Shown here in pieces: positions 16,959 through 26,762 of a stretch of DNA of 64,000 nucleotides; the stretch's first letter is position 1; each line of letters starts with the position of its first letter. The stretch is from Candidatus Firestoneibacteriota bacterium (GTDB lineage Bacteria; Oederibacteriota; D2-FULL-39-29). Made by a program: the position numbers and the translations under genes. The stretch lies in contig CAIYPD010000115.1 of the NCBI GenBank assembly GCA_903928075.1, positions 371 to 64,370 on the forward strand, written 5' to 3'. The notes under the pieces were generated by a model, which did no database searches, was not told where the DNA came from, and saw only the letters and a program-made list of their open reading frames with translations.

Positions 16959-18146
16959 TTAGACGCTTATTCCCGCTACAAAACCGCTGCTGAAAGCAAA
17001 CTGCATATTGTACCCGCCGGATTCGCCTGTTATATCTATTATTTCACCCGCAAAATACAAGCCGGGGACTTTTTTTGACTCCATCGTTTGGGCATTTATT
17101 TCAGCCGTCGCAACACCTCCGGCGGCAGCCATAGCCTCCGAATAGGGTCTCGAACCCTTAATCCTGACAGGCCACTTTGAAAACGCGTTGATTATCCTCT
17201 CTCTTTCTTTTCTATTTAACTCTTTGCACTTCGTTGAAATTTCCACACCTAAAACAGGCAGTAGATTTAGCGCGATCTTTTTTGGAACAAAACCCGAAAG
17301 AAAGGCCGGCACGGGTTTTTCCGGCCGGAAATCCCAGGCTGCGCTTGCTTTTTCCCGGTAAAACGGCAGAAAATTGATAAATACTTCCGCATTATTTTTA
17401 AGGCTGTCAATTATAAACAATGAAGCATCAAGGGTCACAGGTCCGGAAATCCCGTACTTTGTAAACAATAACTCCCCGCTATATGTTTTCTTTTCCTCTT
17501 TCCCGCAAATAATAAGTTCCGCTTCCACCCGGACACCCTGCAGTTTGTGAAACCAATCTCCAAAGAGTTCAATGGGTACAATAGCCGGCCTAAGCGGTAT
17601 TACGGAGTGCCCGAGTTTGCCGGCAAGCTCATAACCCGAGTTATTGCTACCCAGCTGTGGATAGGCGCAGCTTCCTGCAGCCACAAGCACTTTTCTTGCC
17701 TCATAAACATTTCTTCCGGTCTTTATGGTAAAACTGTTTTTCTTCGCAGCCAGAGAAAGCACCTGTTCTCCGTTTTTAACCGTAACTTTATTAAAAACTA
17801 ACTCTTCCAGCAGACAATCAATAATTGTTGCCGAACTTTCGGTTATGGGAAGAACCCTGCCAAAACCTTCAGTTTTTAATATTACTCCGCGTTTTTCAAA
17901 GAATTCCATGAGAGTTTTGTTATCAAAACAGGAAAACACAGTTTTTAGAAAGTTTTTATCACCGGCGTATCTGGCAAGGCTCATATCGGAATTTGAGATA
18001 TTACATTTTCCGTTTCCCGATACGAGTATTTTTTTTCCTAAGGCGGGATTTTTATCAATAAGCGTGACTTTTTTACCCCTGCCGGCAGCGGTTATTGCGG
18101 CCATTATTCCAGCCGGGCCGCCCCCGATTATGAGCAGGTCGTCCAT
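16959..18146 (-). CDS. NAD(P)/FAD-dependent oxidoreductase, HI0933/BaiN family
   Basis: The N-terminus LIIGGGPAGIMAAI is a dinucleotide-binding motif. The C-terminus GLYFAGEIIDITGESGGYN is typical of the family. Confidence 0.8.
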   Translation of the reverse strand: MDDLLIIGGGPAGIMAAITAAGRGKKVTLIDKNPALGKKILVSGNGKCNISNSDMSLARYAGDKNFLKTVFSCFDNKTLMEFFEKRGVILKTEGFGRVLPITESSATIIDCLLEELVFNKVTVKNGEQVLSLAAKKNSFTIKTGRNVYEARKVLVAAGSCAYPQLGSNNSGYELAGKLGHSVIPLRPAIVPIELFGDWFHKLQGVRVEAELIICGKEEKKTYSGELLFTKYGISGPVTLDASLFIIDSLKNNAEVFINFLPFYREKASAAWDFRPEKPVPAFLSGFVPKKIALNLLPVLGVEISTKCKELNRKERERIINAFSKWPVRIKGSRPYSEAMAAAGGVATAEINAQTMESKKVPGLYFAGEIIDITGESGGYNMQFAFSSGFVAGISV

Positions 18147-18219
18147 TTATCTTTTCTCTTCCGGCTTACTGCCGGTGTTAGGAGTATCCGGACCAAAAAA
18201 GCCGGTAATTATTTTCATC

Positions 18220-18549
18220 TTAGGACCTTATCATTACGAGAAGCATCTTAAACTTGCCGTCCCCTTTCAGTGCATGAGGCTTCCCGGCAGGCAAAATAAT
18301 AAACTCGCCTTTTTTCACGAGTTGGACTTTTCCTGCAATAGTGATTTTCACTTTACCGTCAACAACATAAACAAGCGCATCAAATGGCGCAGTATGTTCG
18401 CTCAAACCCTCGCCTTTTCCAAAAGAGAAAACTGTGACCGTCCCGGTTTTCCTGTTTAGTATCTCCCTGCTGACAACCGCGGCCGCCTGGTATTCTACAA
18501 AGTTCTTTAAACCGAAAGCTTTCCCTCTGATATCAATATTCTTTTTCAT
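18220..18549 (-). CDS. cupin-domain protein
   Basis: The ATG at 18549 has a GGAGGCAGG RBS. The cupin core is GEGLSEHTAP...FIILPAGKPHAL. The track ORF start at 18609 is an over-extension. Confidence 0.75.
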   Translation of the reverse strand: MKKNIDIRGKAFGLKNFVEYQAAAVVSREILNRKTGTVTVFSFGKGEGLSEHTAPFDALVYVVDGKVKITIAGKVQLVKKGEFIILPAGKPHALKGDGKFKMLLVMIRS

Positions 18550-18663
18550 CCTGCCTCCAAAATCAAATCCCTTATCAGTGGAATCACACGCTTTGCAACC
18601 ATGAACCATTCATACTTCAGGTTCACGGTCCTGCACCCGAGAAACGAGTGGTACAGGGTCAGT

Positions 18664-18750
18664 GTCCTCCAAAACTTTGTTTTGGAGAGATCTCGTCCAC
18701 CTTTGGTGAGATCTCGTCTGCCTAATGGCGAGACGGACTAAAGGCCGACA
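18664..18750. repeat. two adjacent degenerate GAGATCTC-core palindromic elements
   Basis: tggagagatctcgtcc, then ggtgagatctcgtc, then ggcgagacggac. Confidence 0.65.
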
Positions 18751-18759
18751 ATCGCTCTA

Positions 18760-20601
18760 TCAGAACTTCATCTGCATTACCATAATAGTCGATCTCTTAA
18801 ATTTATCCTGCGTTAAGTCATAAGTCTGCCTCATTGTAAATAGGAATACAACTCCCGGAGACACTTCCATCCCGACCCGGGCATAAGCAACTGTATCCGG
18901 ACTCTTTAATGTCAAAAATTCTATATCTCTCTGTTCATAACCTATGGCTACTTCTGATATCTTTGGAATGAAATTACCCTTATAGGCAGCTTCGCCTCTG
19001 ACATAAGGCCTTTGACCCTCGTACTGCTCATAACCCGCAACTAATCTCAGCCAGGGGACAGGGTTAGTGCCAAGCTGACCAAATACGCCTTTTAACCTGT
19101 TCCCGCCGGCAGGCAGCATAGTTCTCGGTCTGTTATCCTCATAAGAGTAATCAAAAATACCTGCATCAAAGTTTGATTGCAAAGACCGGTATTCTAATTG
19201 ATAATCAAAGATTGCGATATTTCCCATTAAACCCGGCAATGCAAAACCCTCGCCCCCGTTACGGAAAACACCGTAATCCGCATAGATAAGGATGCTTAGC
19301 AACTCCGATTTAATAAGCGAGTATCCCAGGTCAGCGCCATAAGCAACAAAGGGAGCTTGCGCCGGCAAATAGATTTTGTTAAGTCCTGATAAGTTATATT
19401 TATCTTTAGCAGGATTATAATCATAGACCCCGGTTAAGCCTGCCTGGAGATTAGGAAGTATATCGTAATAAAGACGGCCGGCATATAATCTTCCCCAGGA
19501 TACATCATTACAAAGGCCTTCAAACCCGAAAGCCCCTTCTTTTATATCCAGTTCCAGACCAAAAACCCGCTTATAAATGTCAACACCGATATTTGAATAC
19601 CTTATAACCAGGAAGCCGTGGCCCAGCGTTGAATCGTCAAGAACCCCGAGTTTTAAATAGACCGGCTCGCCTTTCACCCCGTAGCGGACATATTTAAAAA
19701 TGCTCTGCAGGGACTTTTGCCAGTTTTGCCAGTCATCTTCTTTTATCCCATCGTCATTCCAGAGCAGTCTCATATCAAAACCGGCGCCGAACTTCCCGAG
19801 GGTTAGCTCAAAAAGCACACTCATCATATAATAGGTTTTACCGTCGACGGAAACAGCACCAAAAGATCCGCCCAAACCATCCCCGCCTTTTTCATAGGTC
19901 TTTTTTTCTTCTTTGGGCGGCGCTACCGCTGTATCCGTATTTTTCTTCTCTTCTTTTTTAGGTTCTTCGGTCTTCTGGTCTTTTTTTCCGCTCCATTCTT
20001 CTTCAAGTTTATCTTTTTCTTCTTTGTTCATCTCCTCCGGCTTCCCCTGAAAAGCTCCGGCATAAGAGGCTTTTTCTCCTGCCTTAACAAAAAGTTCTTT
20101 TTTCGTAAGAATATCGATGAGAGCAACAATTCCTTCTATAACCCTGAGAAACCCGCCGTTTGTATCCGCATCAACAATAAAGTCCGTACCTTTAACTGCG
20201 GCCACAATGTTCTTCGTCTGCACCTGAAATGTTGAGTCTTCTTTTTGAATGCTGAACTTTGCTCTAATCTGTCCGATCCAGAGTTTAACCAGAGTGTCGC
20301 CTTTGCGTTCCTTGTCCTGCACCTTAATAAGAGAGAGTGAGGTATTTTCTTTTAAATTTATCCTGCTTCCGTCGTCAAAGGTCAGCTCAATGCGGCCCTC
20401 TCTTGTTCTAACTTCATCGCTTTGATTAAGGATCATCTGTAGTTTTGCAGGAGACCAGACTTGCTTTTTATTTTCATCAGGCTTGGCAACTTCCGCCACT
20501 CCCGAAAGCGCAGTTATTTTTGCGGCCGAAAGCTCCTGGCTTAATATAATACCGGTATAAGCAAAGTAAAAAAGCAGGGCTGAGATTATAATTCTCTTCA
20601 T
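18760..20601 (-). CDS. secreted FecR-domain protein with Lys/Glu-rich linker and C-terminal beta-barrel-like domain
   Basis: The ATG at 20601 has a GGAGGGA RBS and encodes the signal peptide MKRIIISALLFYFAYTGIILS. A FecR-like block (RIELTFDDGSRINLKENTSL...VKGTDFIV) is present. The protein ends in ...MQMKF, an OMP-like terminal Phe. Confidence 0.7.
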   Translation of the reverse strand: MKRIIISALLFYFAYTGIILSQELSAAKITALSGVAEVAKPDENKKQVWSPAKLQMILNQSDEVRTREGRIELTFDDGSRINLKENTSLSLIKVQDKERKGDTLVKLWIGQIRAKFSIQKEDSTFQVQTKNIVAAVKGTDFIVDADTNGGFLRVIEGIVALIDILTKKELFVKAGEKASYAGAFQGKPEEMNKEEKDKLEEEWSGKKDQKTEEPKKEEKKNTDTAVAPPKEEKKTYEKGGDGLGGSFGAVSVDGKTYYMMSVLFELTLGKFGAGFDMRLLWNDDGIKEDDWQNWQKSLQSIFKYVRYGVKGEPVYLKLGVLDDSTLGHGFLVIRYSNIGVDIYKRVFGLELDIKEGAFGFEGLCNDVSWGRLYAGRLYYDILPNLQAGLTGVYDYNPAKDKYNLSGLNKIYLPAQAPFVAYGADLGYSLIKSELLSILIYADYGVFRNGGEGFALPGLMGNIAIFDYQLEYRSLQSNFDAGIFDYSYEDNRPRTMLPAGGNRLKGVFGQLGTNPVPWLRLVAGYEQYEGQRPYVRGEAAYKGNFIPKISEVAIGYEQRDIEFLTLKSPDTVAYARVGMEVSPGVVFLFTMRQTYDLTQDKFKRSTIMVMQMKF

Positions 20602-20629
20602 AAATCCCTCCAGCGGGTTTTGTCCCCTA

Positions 20630-20658
20630 AGTATATTACAGAAAGAACTCTTTGTCAA
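20630..20658 (-). promoter_or_regulatory. sigma70-like promoter TTGACA-17-TATACT
   Basis: On the minus strand, TTGACA is at 20658-20653 and TATACT at 20635-20630. Confidence 0.4.
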
Positions 20659-20815
20659 CATTCTATTGTTCGACATTTTCTTTCACCAGGCAATAATATT
20701 TCAAGTATGCCGTCTTCCGGTATTTATTTTTTTATTTTAGAAAATACTCAATAAATGGTTAAAGCGCCTCTTTTTAGTTTGCGTCCCGCAAAATTAACTT
20801 GAAGTCAATCAGTAG

Positions 20816-20844
20816 TTGTATAAACGGCAGTTTCCGAATATAAT
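20816..20844 (+). promoter_or_regulatory. sigma70-like promoter TTGTAT-17-TATAAT
   Basis: TTGTAT at 20816-21 and TATAAT at 20839-44, followed by an AAGAGGTG RBS and the ATG at 20869. Confidence 0.4.
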
Positions 20845-20868
20845 ACGGGTAATACTAAAAGAGGTGCG

Positions 20869-21837
20869 ATGCGTCCGGTAATCTTTGCAAGCAAATGCCT
20901 GGGGTTCGAGAATTGCAGATGGAACGGAATAATGCTTCATTCGGATATTATTGAATTGCTCAGGCCCTATGTTGACTTTATTGTTTCCTGTCCTGAAATG
21001 GAAATTGGTCTGGGTGTACCCCGCAGTCCTATTCGTGTGGTTGAAAACACTAAAGGCGTATTCTTACTGCAGCCCTCAACCGGTCTCGACCTTACCGGAA
21101 AAATGGAGGTTTTCTCCCTCAAATTGATAGAAGACCTGTTAAACAAAGGCATCGATGCTTTTATTCTAAAAGATGCCTCCCCTTCCTGCGGCTACAAGAA
21201 TGTTAAGCGCTATGCTAAAGCCGAACAGAAAAATACTACAGCCAAAAGCTCCGGACTATTCGGCAAGAAAATCCTGGACAGTTTTCCTTTTTCTGCCGTT
21301 GAAGACGAAGGCCGGCTGACCAATTTTACACTCCGCGAAGTATTTCTTACCCGGCTTTTTACCACCGCGGCTTTTAGAGAAATAAAACTTTCGGGGAAGT
21401 TGAAGGACCTGGTAAGCTTCCAGGCAAAGAATAAACTACTCTTTCTGGCTTACAACGAAAAAAGTATGAGGAAGCTTGGTAAAATTGCGGCAAATTCAAA
21501 TAAAAAACAAACCGGAGAAATCTACAACGATTACGCAGAAGAATTCAGCAATGTTTTTAAAAACCCCGCAAAACCCGGAGCGGCGATTAATGTTTTACAA
21601 CACGCTTTCGGATATTTTTCGAAAGAGATTTCTAAAGAGGAAAAGGACCATTACTTGCAGCAGCTTGCCAAATATAAGAAAGGTACCCTGCCCCTAAGCG
21701 CCGTCACGCTTTTAACCATGGCCTACATTACCCGTTTTAAGCTTTCCTATCTTAAAGAACAGACTTTTTTTGCACCTTATCCGGAGAGTCTTGTCAGCAT
21801 ATCGGATTCCGGGCGGGGCAGGGATTCTTACAGGTAA
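20869..21837 (+). CDS. DUF523 (TudS-like Fe-S) + DUF1722 fusion protein (YbgA-like)
   Basis: The N-terminus carries Cys ligands (ASKCLGFENCRWNG...PSCG). The C-terminal helical half is DUF1722-like. Confidence 0.7.
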   Translation: MRPVIFASKCLGFENCRWNGIMLHSDIIELLRPYVDFIVSCPEMEIGLGVPRSPIRVVENTKGVFLLQPSTGLDLTGKMEVFSLKLIEDLLNKGIDAFILKDASPSCGYKNVKRYAKAEQKNTTAKSSGLFGKKILDSFPFSAVEDEGRLTNFTLREVFLTRLFTTAAFREIKLSGKLKDLVSFQAKNKLLFLAYNEKSMRKLGKIAANSNKKQTGEIYNDYAEEFSNVFKNPAKPGAAINVLQHAFGYFSKEISKEEKDHYLQQLAKYKKGTLPLSAVTLLTMAYITRFKLSYLKEQTFFAPYPESLVSISDSGRGRDSYR

Positions 21838-21881
21838 AAAAGAGTTTTGACTTCAGAATTATTTAAATCTGCTAAATACGG

Positions 21882-22700
21882 TCAGTAACCTTTATGCCTT
21901 AATTCTCCGGCCTTTTTATGATCAGCTGCCGCTTTTTCTTTCAGTCCCAGTTTTTCATAAATGTCCCCGCGATTACTATATACTGCGGCAAGTTTTCCGT
22001 CTAATTCTATGACCTTATTGTATTCCTCTATTGCTTTTTCATATTCCCCTTTAAGACTGTATATGTTCCCGCGTTCAAAATAGGCGTTAACATATCCGGG
22101 ATTTATTTCGATAACTTTATTAAAATCCATCAAGGCCTTATCATAGTCTTTTTCTTTTTTTATTACATATAAATATGAAAGGCCCCTATTATGATACAAT
22201 AATTCGTTGTTCGGGCTAAGTTGTATAGTTCTGGTCATATCTTTTATTGAATTTTCTGGATCATCCAGCCACAGATAGGTATCAGACCTTTTCCTGAAGG
22301 CCAGGGCAAAAGTATCGTCTAACTTAATAGCTGCCGTAAAATCTAAAATTGCTTTTTTATACTCCTCTATTGCGTAAAATGCTTCCGCGCGTTCAAAATA
22401 CATTTTTGAGTCTTTATTGTTTAATTTTATCGCTTCATTATAGTCCTTTATCGCCTTTTCAAACAACTTTCTTGCAGAAAATATTTTACCGCGTTCAAAG
22501 AAGGCTTTAGTGTTGCCGGGGTCTGCCTCTATTATTTTATTATATTTTTCCAATTCTTCATCTGTGGGTTCAGTTATTACTTTCGTATGATGGTAATCCG
22601 GCAAGTCGTAACGATCCAGTGTCTTTTTCTCCGCGTAAATGCCGGAATTCAAAACGAGGATAGAAATCAAAAATATTAGACGGGGTTTTATTATTTTCAT
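21882..22700 (-). CDS. TPR-repeat protein, secreted
   Basis: A signal peptide is followed by repeated A..YN.AI.L(D/N) TPR units. Confidence 0.8.
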   Translation of the reverse strand: MKIIKPRLIFLISILVLNSGIYAEKKTLDRYDLPDYHHTKVITEPTDEELEKYNKIIEADPGNTKAFFERGKIFSARKLFEKAIKDYNEAIKLNNKDSKMYFERAEAFYAIEEYKKAILDFTAAIKLDDTFALAFRKRSDTYLWLDDPENSIKDMTRTIQLSPNNELLYHNRGLSYLYVIKKEKDYDKALMDFNKVIEINPGYVNAYFERGNIYSLKGEYEKAIEEYNKVIELDGKLAAVYSNRGDIYEKLGLKEKAAADHKKAGELRHKGY

Positions 22701-22754
22701 GATTTATTTTCTAAAATCCTGTAATATTTCCCACCATATTGATTAAGTGGTTTT

Positions 22755-24374
22755 TTAACCCCTGTATTTATTGGCAAGCGGCATCCTTCTGTCTCTGCCA
22801 AACGCTTTCGGGGTTATTTTTACTCCGGGCGGCGACTGGCGGCGTTTATACTCGCTTAAGTCAACCAAACGGGCAACCTTAGCCACTGTTTCTTTTTTGA
22901 AACCTTTCTCTATTATGCGACTACAGTCAAAATCTTCTTCAATGTAAAGTTTTAATATAGGATCCAGCTCCGGGTATTCCGGCAGTGAATCCGAATCCTT
23001 CTGATTATTGCGCAGTTCCGCCGTCGGCGCTTTCGTTAGTATATTTTCCGGAATTACCGGTGAAACAGAGTTCCGGTATTTTGATATTTCATAGACCAGT
23101 ATCTTGGGAACATCTTTAATGACCGCAAAACCTCCGGCCATATCTCCGTAAAGCGTAGCATAACCCGTGCTCATCTCGGATTTGTTCCCGGTCGTTAAGA
23201 CTATCCAGTTAAATTTATTCGATAAAGCCATCATAATGTTCCCGCGAATCCTCGCCTGGAGATTTTCTTCGGTAGTATCAGGGGTTTTCCCGTCAAAAAA
23301 AGGCGTCAGAAGCTGTAGGTATAGTTTGAAAATTTCCTCTATCGGAATAGTTTTAAAATTGATACCGAGATTTTTTGCCAGTTCCGCCGCGTCATCTTTT
23401 GAGGCCTTCGAAGAGAACCTGGTCGGCATAAAAACCCCGGTGACATTTTCTTTACCGAGAGCGTCAACCGCTATGGCTGCAACTATGGCCGAATCAATTC
23501 CGCCGGAAAGCCCGATAACAACTTTTTTAAAGCCGGTCTTTAAAATATAATCCCTGGTTCCGGTTACAAGCGCTGTATAAACCTCTTCCGCAAGAGGAAG
23601 TATCCTGGATTTTTTAGCCGGGATTTCCGGTTTCTCTTCTTTTAACCCTAAAGGAATATCCACAACCAGCAGTTCTTCTATAAAACCGTCCGCGCGGGCA
23701 ATTATCCTGCCGGTTTGATCCACCACCATAGAATAACCGTCAAAAACCAGTTCGTCCTGGCCCCCAACCATATTTGCATATACTATATATACGCCGTTAT
23801 CTTTTGCCTGTTTTTGTATAATTTTCTCTCTTTCTATAACCTTCCCTGCATGAAAAGGCGAGGCATTTATTGCTATTATGACCTGTGCTCCGGCTAAAGC
23901 TTCAGTTTTCACCGGGCCTTCCTTCAGCCAGATATCCTCGCAAATATTAAGCCCTATCTTCAAACCTTTTACTGTTGTGACAAAATGTTTTTCTCCCTGC
24001 TTAAAATACCTCTTTTCATCAAAAACCCCGTAGTTCGGCAGGTTCATCTTGTGATAAATACTTTTTACCACAGCTCCATTTCTTATCAAGGCCGCGGCGT
24101 TAAAAATATCTTTGCCAACTTTGTCTACAAAACCAAGAATTACTGAGATTTTTCCGGCAAAAGAGGAGATTTCTTTAAAAGTTTTAAGGTTATCCTTGAC
24201 AAATTTTTGTTTAAGAAGCAGGTCTTCGGGAGGATAGCCGGTTATTGCAAGTTCCGGAAATATGGCAAGGTCGGCTTTCACCGCTTTGGCTTTTGCTATG
24301 AACTCTTTTATCCTGGCGGAATTTCCTGCGAAATCTCCGACAGTTGTATTTATCTGACAGATAGCTAAACGCAT
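22755..24374 (-). CDS. nadE: glutamine-dependent NAD+ synthetase
   Basis: The N-terminal CN-hydrolase domain is followed by the PP-loop motif GLSGGIDSA. 539 aa. Confidence 0.9.
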   Translation of the reverse strand: MRLAICQINTTVGDFAGNSARIKEFIAKAKAVKADLAIFPELAITGYPPEDLLLKQKFVKDNLKTFKEISSFAGKISVILGFVDKVGKDIFNAAALIRNGAVVKSIYHKMNLPNYGVFDEKRYFKQGEKHFVTTVKGLKIGLNICEDIWLKEGPVKTEALAGAQVIIAINASPFHAGKVIEREKIIQKQAKDNGVYIVYANMVGGQDELVFDGYSMVVDQTGRIIARADGFIEELLVVDIPLGLKEEKPEIPAKKSRILPLAEEVYTALVTGTRDYILKTGFKKVVIGLSGGIDSAIVAAIAVDALGKENVTGVFMPTRFSSKASKDDAAELAKNLGINFKTIPIEEIFKLYLQLLTPFFDGKTPDTTEENLQARIRGNIMMALSNKFNWIVLTTGNKSEMSTGYATLYGDMAGGFAVIKDVPKILVYEISKYRNSVSPVIPENILTKAPTAELRNNQKDSDSLPEYPELDPILKLYIEEDFDCSRIIEKGFKKETVAKVARLVDLSEYKRRQSPPGVKITPKAFGRDRRMPLANKYRG

Positions 24375-24464
24375 AACACCTCATCTGAATTACTAATTGC
24401 TGATTCCTAATAACTTATTTTCTGAGTTTTATTAGTTATCAGTTATTAGCAATTAGGAATTGTT

Positions 24465-24845
24465 TTAATGCATCATCACGCAGGCGCCGTGGATTACTTT
24501 AATCCCGTTTTTATTACAAAACTCCACCGCCGCTTCACTCTCGGCTCCGGGCTGCATCCAAACCCTGATGAGCCCGAGTTTTAAACATTCTTTTACTGTT
24601 TCCTCGGTTATTTTAGGCGGAACAACTAAGTCCACCACATCCACTTTCACCGGAATATCGGCAAGCGTCTTGAAACATTTCACCCCGTGAAGTTGATCCA
24701 AGCGCGGGTTGACGGGATAAACAGTGTACCCCCGGTCCAGAAGATTTTTTGTAATCGTATAGCCGTATTTTTCAGGATTGGAGGAAGCCCCGACAACGGC
24801 AAAGGTCTTCTGTTTCATAAATTCGGCGATGAGTTCTGCATCCAT
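24465..24845 (-). CDS. CoA-binding domain protein (YccU/YneT-like)
   Basis: FAVVGASSNPEKYGY motif. The ATG at 24845 lies 5 nt after AGGAG. The track GTG start at 24851 overlaps the RBS. Confidence 0.75.
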   Translation of the reverse strand: MDAELIAEFMKQKTFAVVGASSNPEKYGYTITKNLLDRGYTVYPVNPRLDQLHGVKCFKTLADIPVKVDVVDLVVPPKITEETVKECLKLGLIRVWMQPGAESEAAVEFCNKNGIKVIHGACVMMH

Positions 24846-24963
24846 TGTCACTCCTGCGTAACAGTTCTTAATGTTTATAACGTTTGTAAGGTTTGTAAAG
24901 TATTTTTAATGTAGTTTTAATATATATCCCGAATGAAAGACCTTAATAATGTTAAAAACATTA

Positions 24964-25878
24964 TTAACGCTCTTTAACTATTTTATTGCGCAGAATCCCT
25001 ATTCCTTCTATCTCCGCTTCCATTACATCACCGGGCTTAAGCGGCTGGATCCCGTCGGGAGTGCCGGTTGAAATAACATCCCCGGGGAAAAGTGTAAGAT
25101 ATTTTGTTATGTACTCTATCATTTCCGGGATTTTAAAAATAAAGGTCTTTGTCGAATCCTTTTGTTTAACAACTCCGTTTACCCGGAGTTCAAGCTTCAG
25201 GTTATTGATATTTTTTATTTCATCCCTTGTAGCAATCCAGGGGCCCAGCGGGCAGAAGGTGTCAATACTCTTTGAGCGGAACCAGGGCTGGGTCTTTTTG
25301 AAATCAAGAGCCTGGATATTCCTTGCCGTCATATCATTAATGATGGTATAACCAAAAACATACTTCATTGCCTCTTTTGCCTGCACTCTGGAGGCCGTCT
25401 TTCCAATAACAACCGCCAGTTCGACCTCGTGGTCCACCCTGGCCTCTTTTCCGTACTCTTTTTCTATAAAGGAAGGGTAGATAACAGGTGTTTCCGGACC
25501 GATTACCGATGAGTTTGCTTTTTCAAAAATTATAGGCTCAGTCGGAACCGGCGCGCCCTGTTCCTTAGCGTGTTCTGCAAAGTTACGCCCGAGTGCGATT
25601 ATCTTCCCCGGCCAAAGCGGAAGCAGAAATTTGATATCCTTTTTCAGGCGATAATCTTCAAGTATCTTTTTATCTTTTGCCCAGCAGACAACGGTTTCCA
25701 ATACCTTTAGATCAAGGAGGCCCGTTTCAAGTAAACTTTTCAGATTAATTTCATCCGGAAGTATCTTAGCGGACTGGAAATAATAAACCCGGAGCAATCC
25801 GGACAGGCTGTAATTCCTCCCGTCAAACCGGAAACCTAAAGCTGGTGCGCTGTTTGATCCGTAAGAAAATATTTTCAT
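24964..25878 (-). CDS. fumarylacetoacetate hydrolase (FAH) family protein
   Basis: The C-terminal domain carries FAH-type motifs (VDHEVELAVVIG, FPGDVISTGTPDG). Confidence 0.85.
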   Translation of the reverse strand: MKIFSYGSNSAPALGFRFDGRNYSLSGLLRVYYFQSAKILPDEINLKSLLETGLLDLKVLETVVCWAKDKKILEDYRLKKDIKFLLPLWPGKIIALGRNFAEHAKEQGAPVPTEPIIFEKANSSVIGPETPVIYPSFIEKEYGKEARVDHEVELAVVIGKTASRVQAKEAMKYVFGYTIINDMTARNIQALDFKKTQPWFRSKSIDTFCPLGPWIATRDEIKNINNLKLELRVNGVVKQKDSTKTFIFKIPEMIEYITKYLTLFPGDVISTGTPDGIQPLKPGDVMEAEIEGIGILRNKIVKER

Positions 25879-25969
25879 ATTATCATTATATCAAAATCCT
25901 TTAGACAATAACACAGGAGCTTTCATAATGCATCCATATCCCTTAGCAGACTTTTTCGGGTATATTCTT

Positions 25970-26602
25970 TCATTCTTTATCTTCAGGTTTATATTTGGTC
26001 TTATACCCCGGATTTTCTTCGGGACGGAGTTTGTTGGGATAATTCCAGTCGGTTTTAATGTCCACCGAGACCTCTTTAATTCTCTTGAAGACAGCGTAAG
26101 GTTCCGTAATGGATATAAAATTCTTGGAGAGTAGCCGGCCCCGGCTATCGGCACCCCCGGTACTAAATCTTATGGTTCCTACTCCAAGCATATTCTCTAC
26201 CGGATTAACCGTTACCTGCAGATCCGATATTTTATCGTAATCAATGGCTTCAAAATCAGTTCCCCAAAAACCGCTCCGGAACATCACGCGTTTGTTAGTT
26301 ACGGCATAGAAAGTATTTTTATGAACCAGAAACAGCCTTAGCATATTCAGAATACTTCCCCAGAAAGGGAAGAGATGCAGCATAAAAAAAGGTATCAGAA
26401 ACCCCGCCATATTCCCGGGCATAGTTGACATGTGCCTGATAAAGCCAAAGTAGTCAAAAGCTCCCCATAGTAAGCCGAAGAAGAGAAAAGGAATTCCCGT
26501 CAGGATAAACGGGACAAAAGCCGGCTCACCACCCCAGAGAATCTTCTCGTCCCTGTCTTTGACCGCATTGAACTGTTCGGGTAATCTCTCTATTTCAAAC
26601 AT
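25970..26602 (-). CDS. membrane protein with bacterial PH (bPH_2/YdbS-like) domain
   Basis: Two TM helices are followed by YAVTNKRVMFRSG...ISDLQV. The ATG at 26602 lies 7 nt after GGAGG. Confidence 0.75.
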   Translation of the reverse strand: MFEIERLPEQFNAVKDRDEKILWGGEPAFVPFILTGIPFLFFGLLWGAFDYFGFIRHMSTMPGNMAGFLIPFFMLHLFPFWGSILNMLRLFLVHKNTFYAVTNKRVMFRSGFWGTDFEAIDYDKISDLQVTVNPVENMLGVGTIRFSTGGADSRGRLLSKNFISITEPYAVFKRIKEVSVDIKTDWNYPNKLRPEENPGYKTKYKPEDKE

Positions 26603-26747
26603 ATACACCCCTCCTCTTTACTTGCTTAATTTATTCTATCATTTAGCACTCTATTATTCAAGAAAGGCGCAGAAACGGCAAAAAGCCTTGTACGGTAAGC
26701 AAAAGAATTGTCCTAATAAATATTTTCCTCACATTTTAATGTAAAAA

Positions 26748-26756
26748 TGGTATATT
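26748..26756 (+). promoter_or_regulatory. extended -10 promoter (TGgTATATT), 6 nt upstream of the ATG at 26763
   Basis: TG at 26748-49 and TATATT at 26751-56. No SD lies before the ATG. Confidence 0.35.
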
Positions 26757-26762
26757 TAATAT

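Noticed and set aside
17725-18459. 244-aa plus-strand ORF, and similar long antisense ORFs at 47902-48684, 49573-50157, 58078-58599, 27173-27700 and 44039-44464
   Set aside because: All are shadows opposite well-supported conserved genes (BaiN-like, trmD, tgt, the PLP enzyme, GGDEF, mlaD). They have low-complexity or odd composition and no SD.
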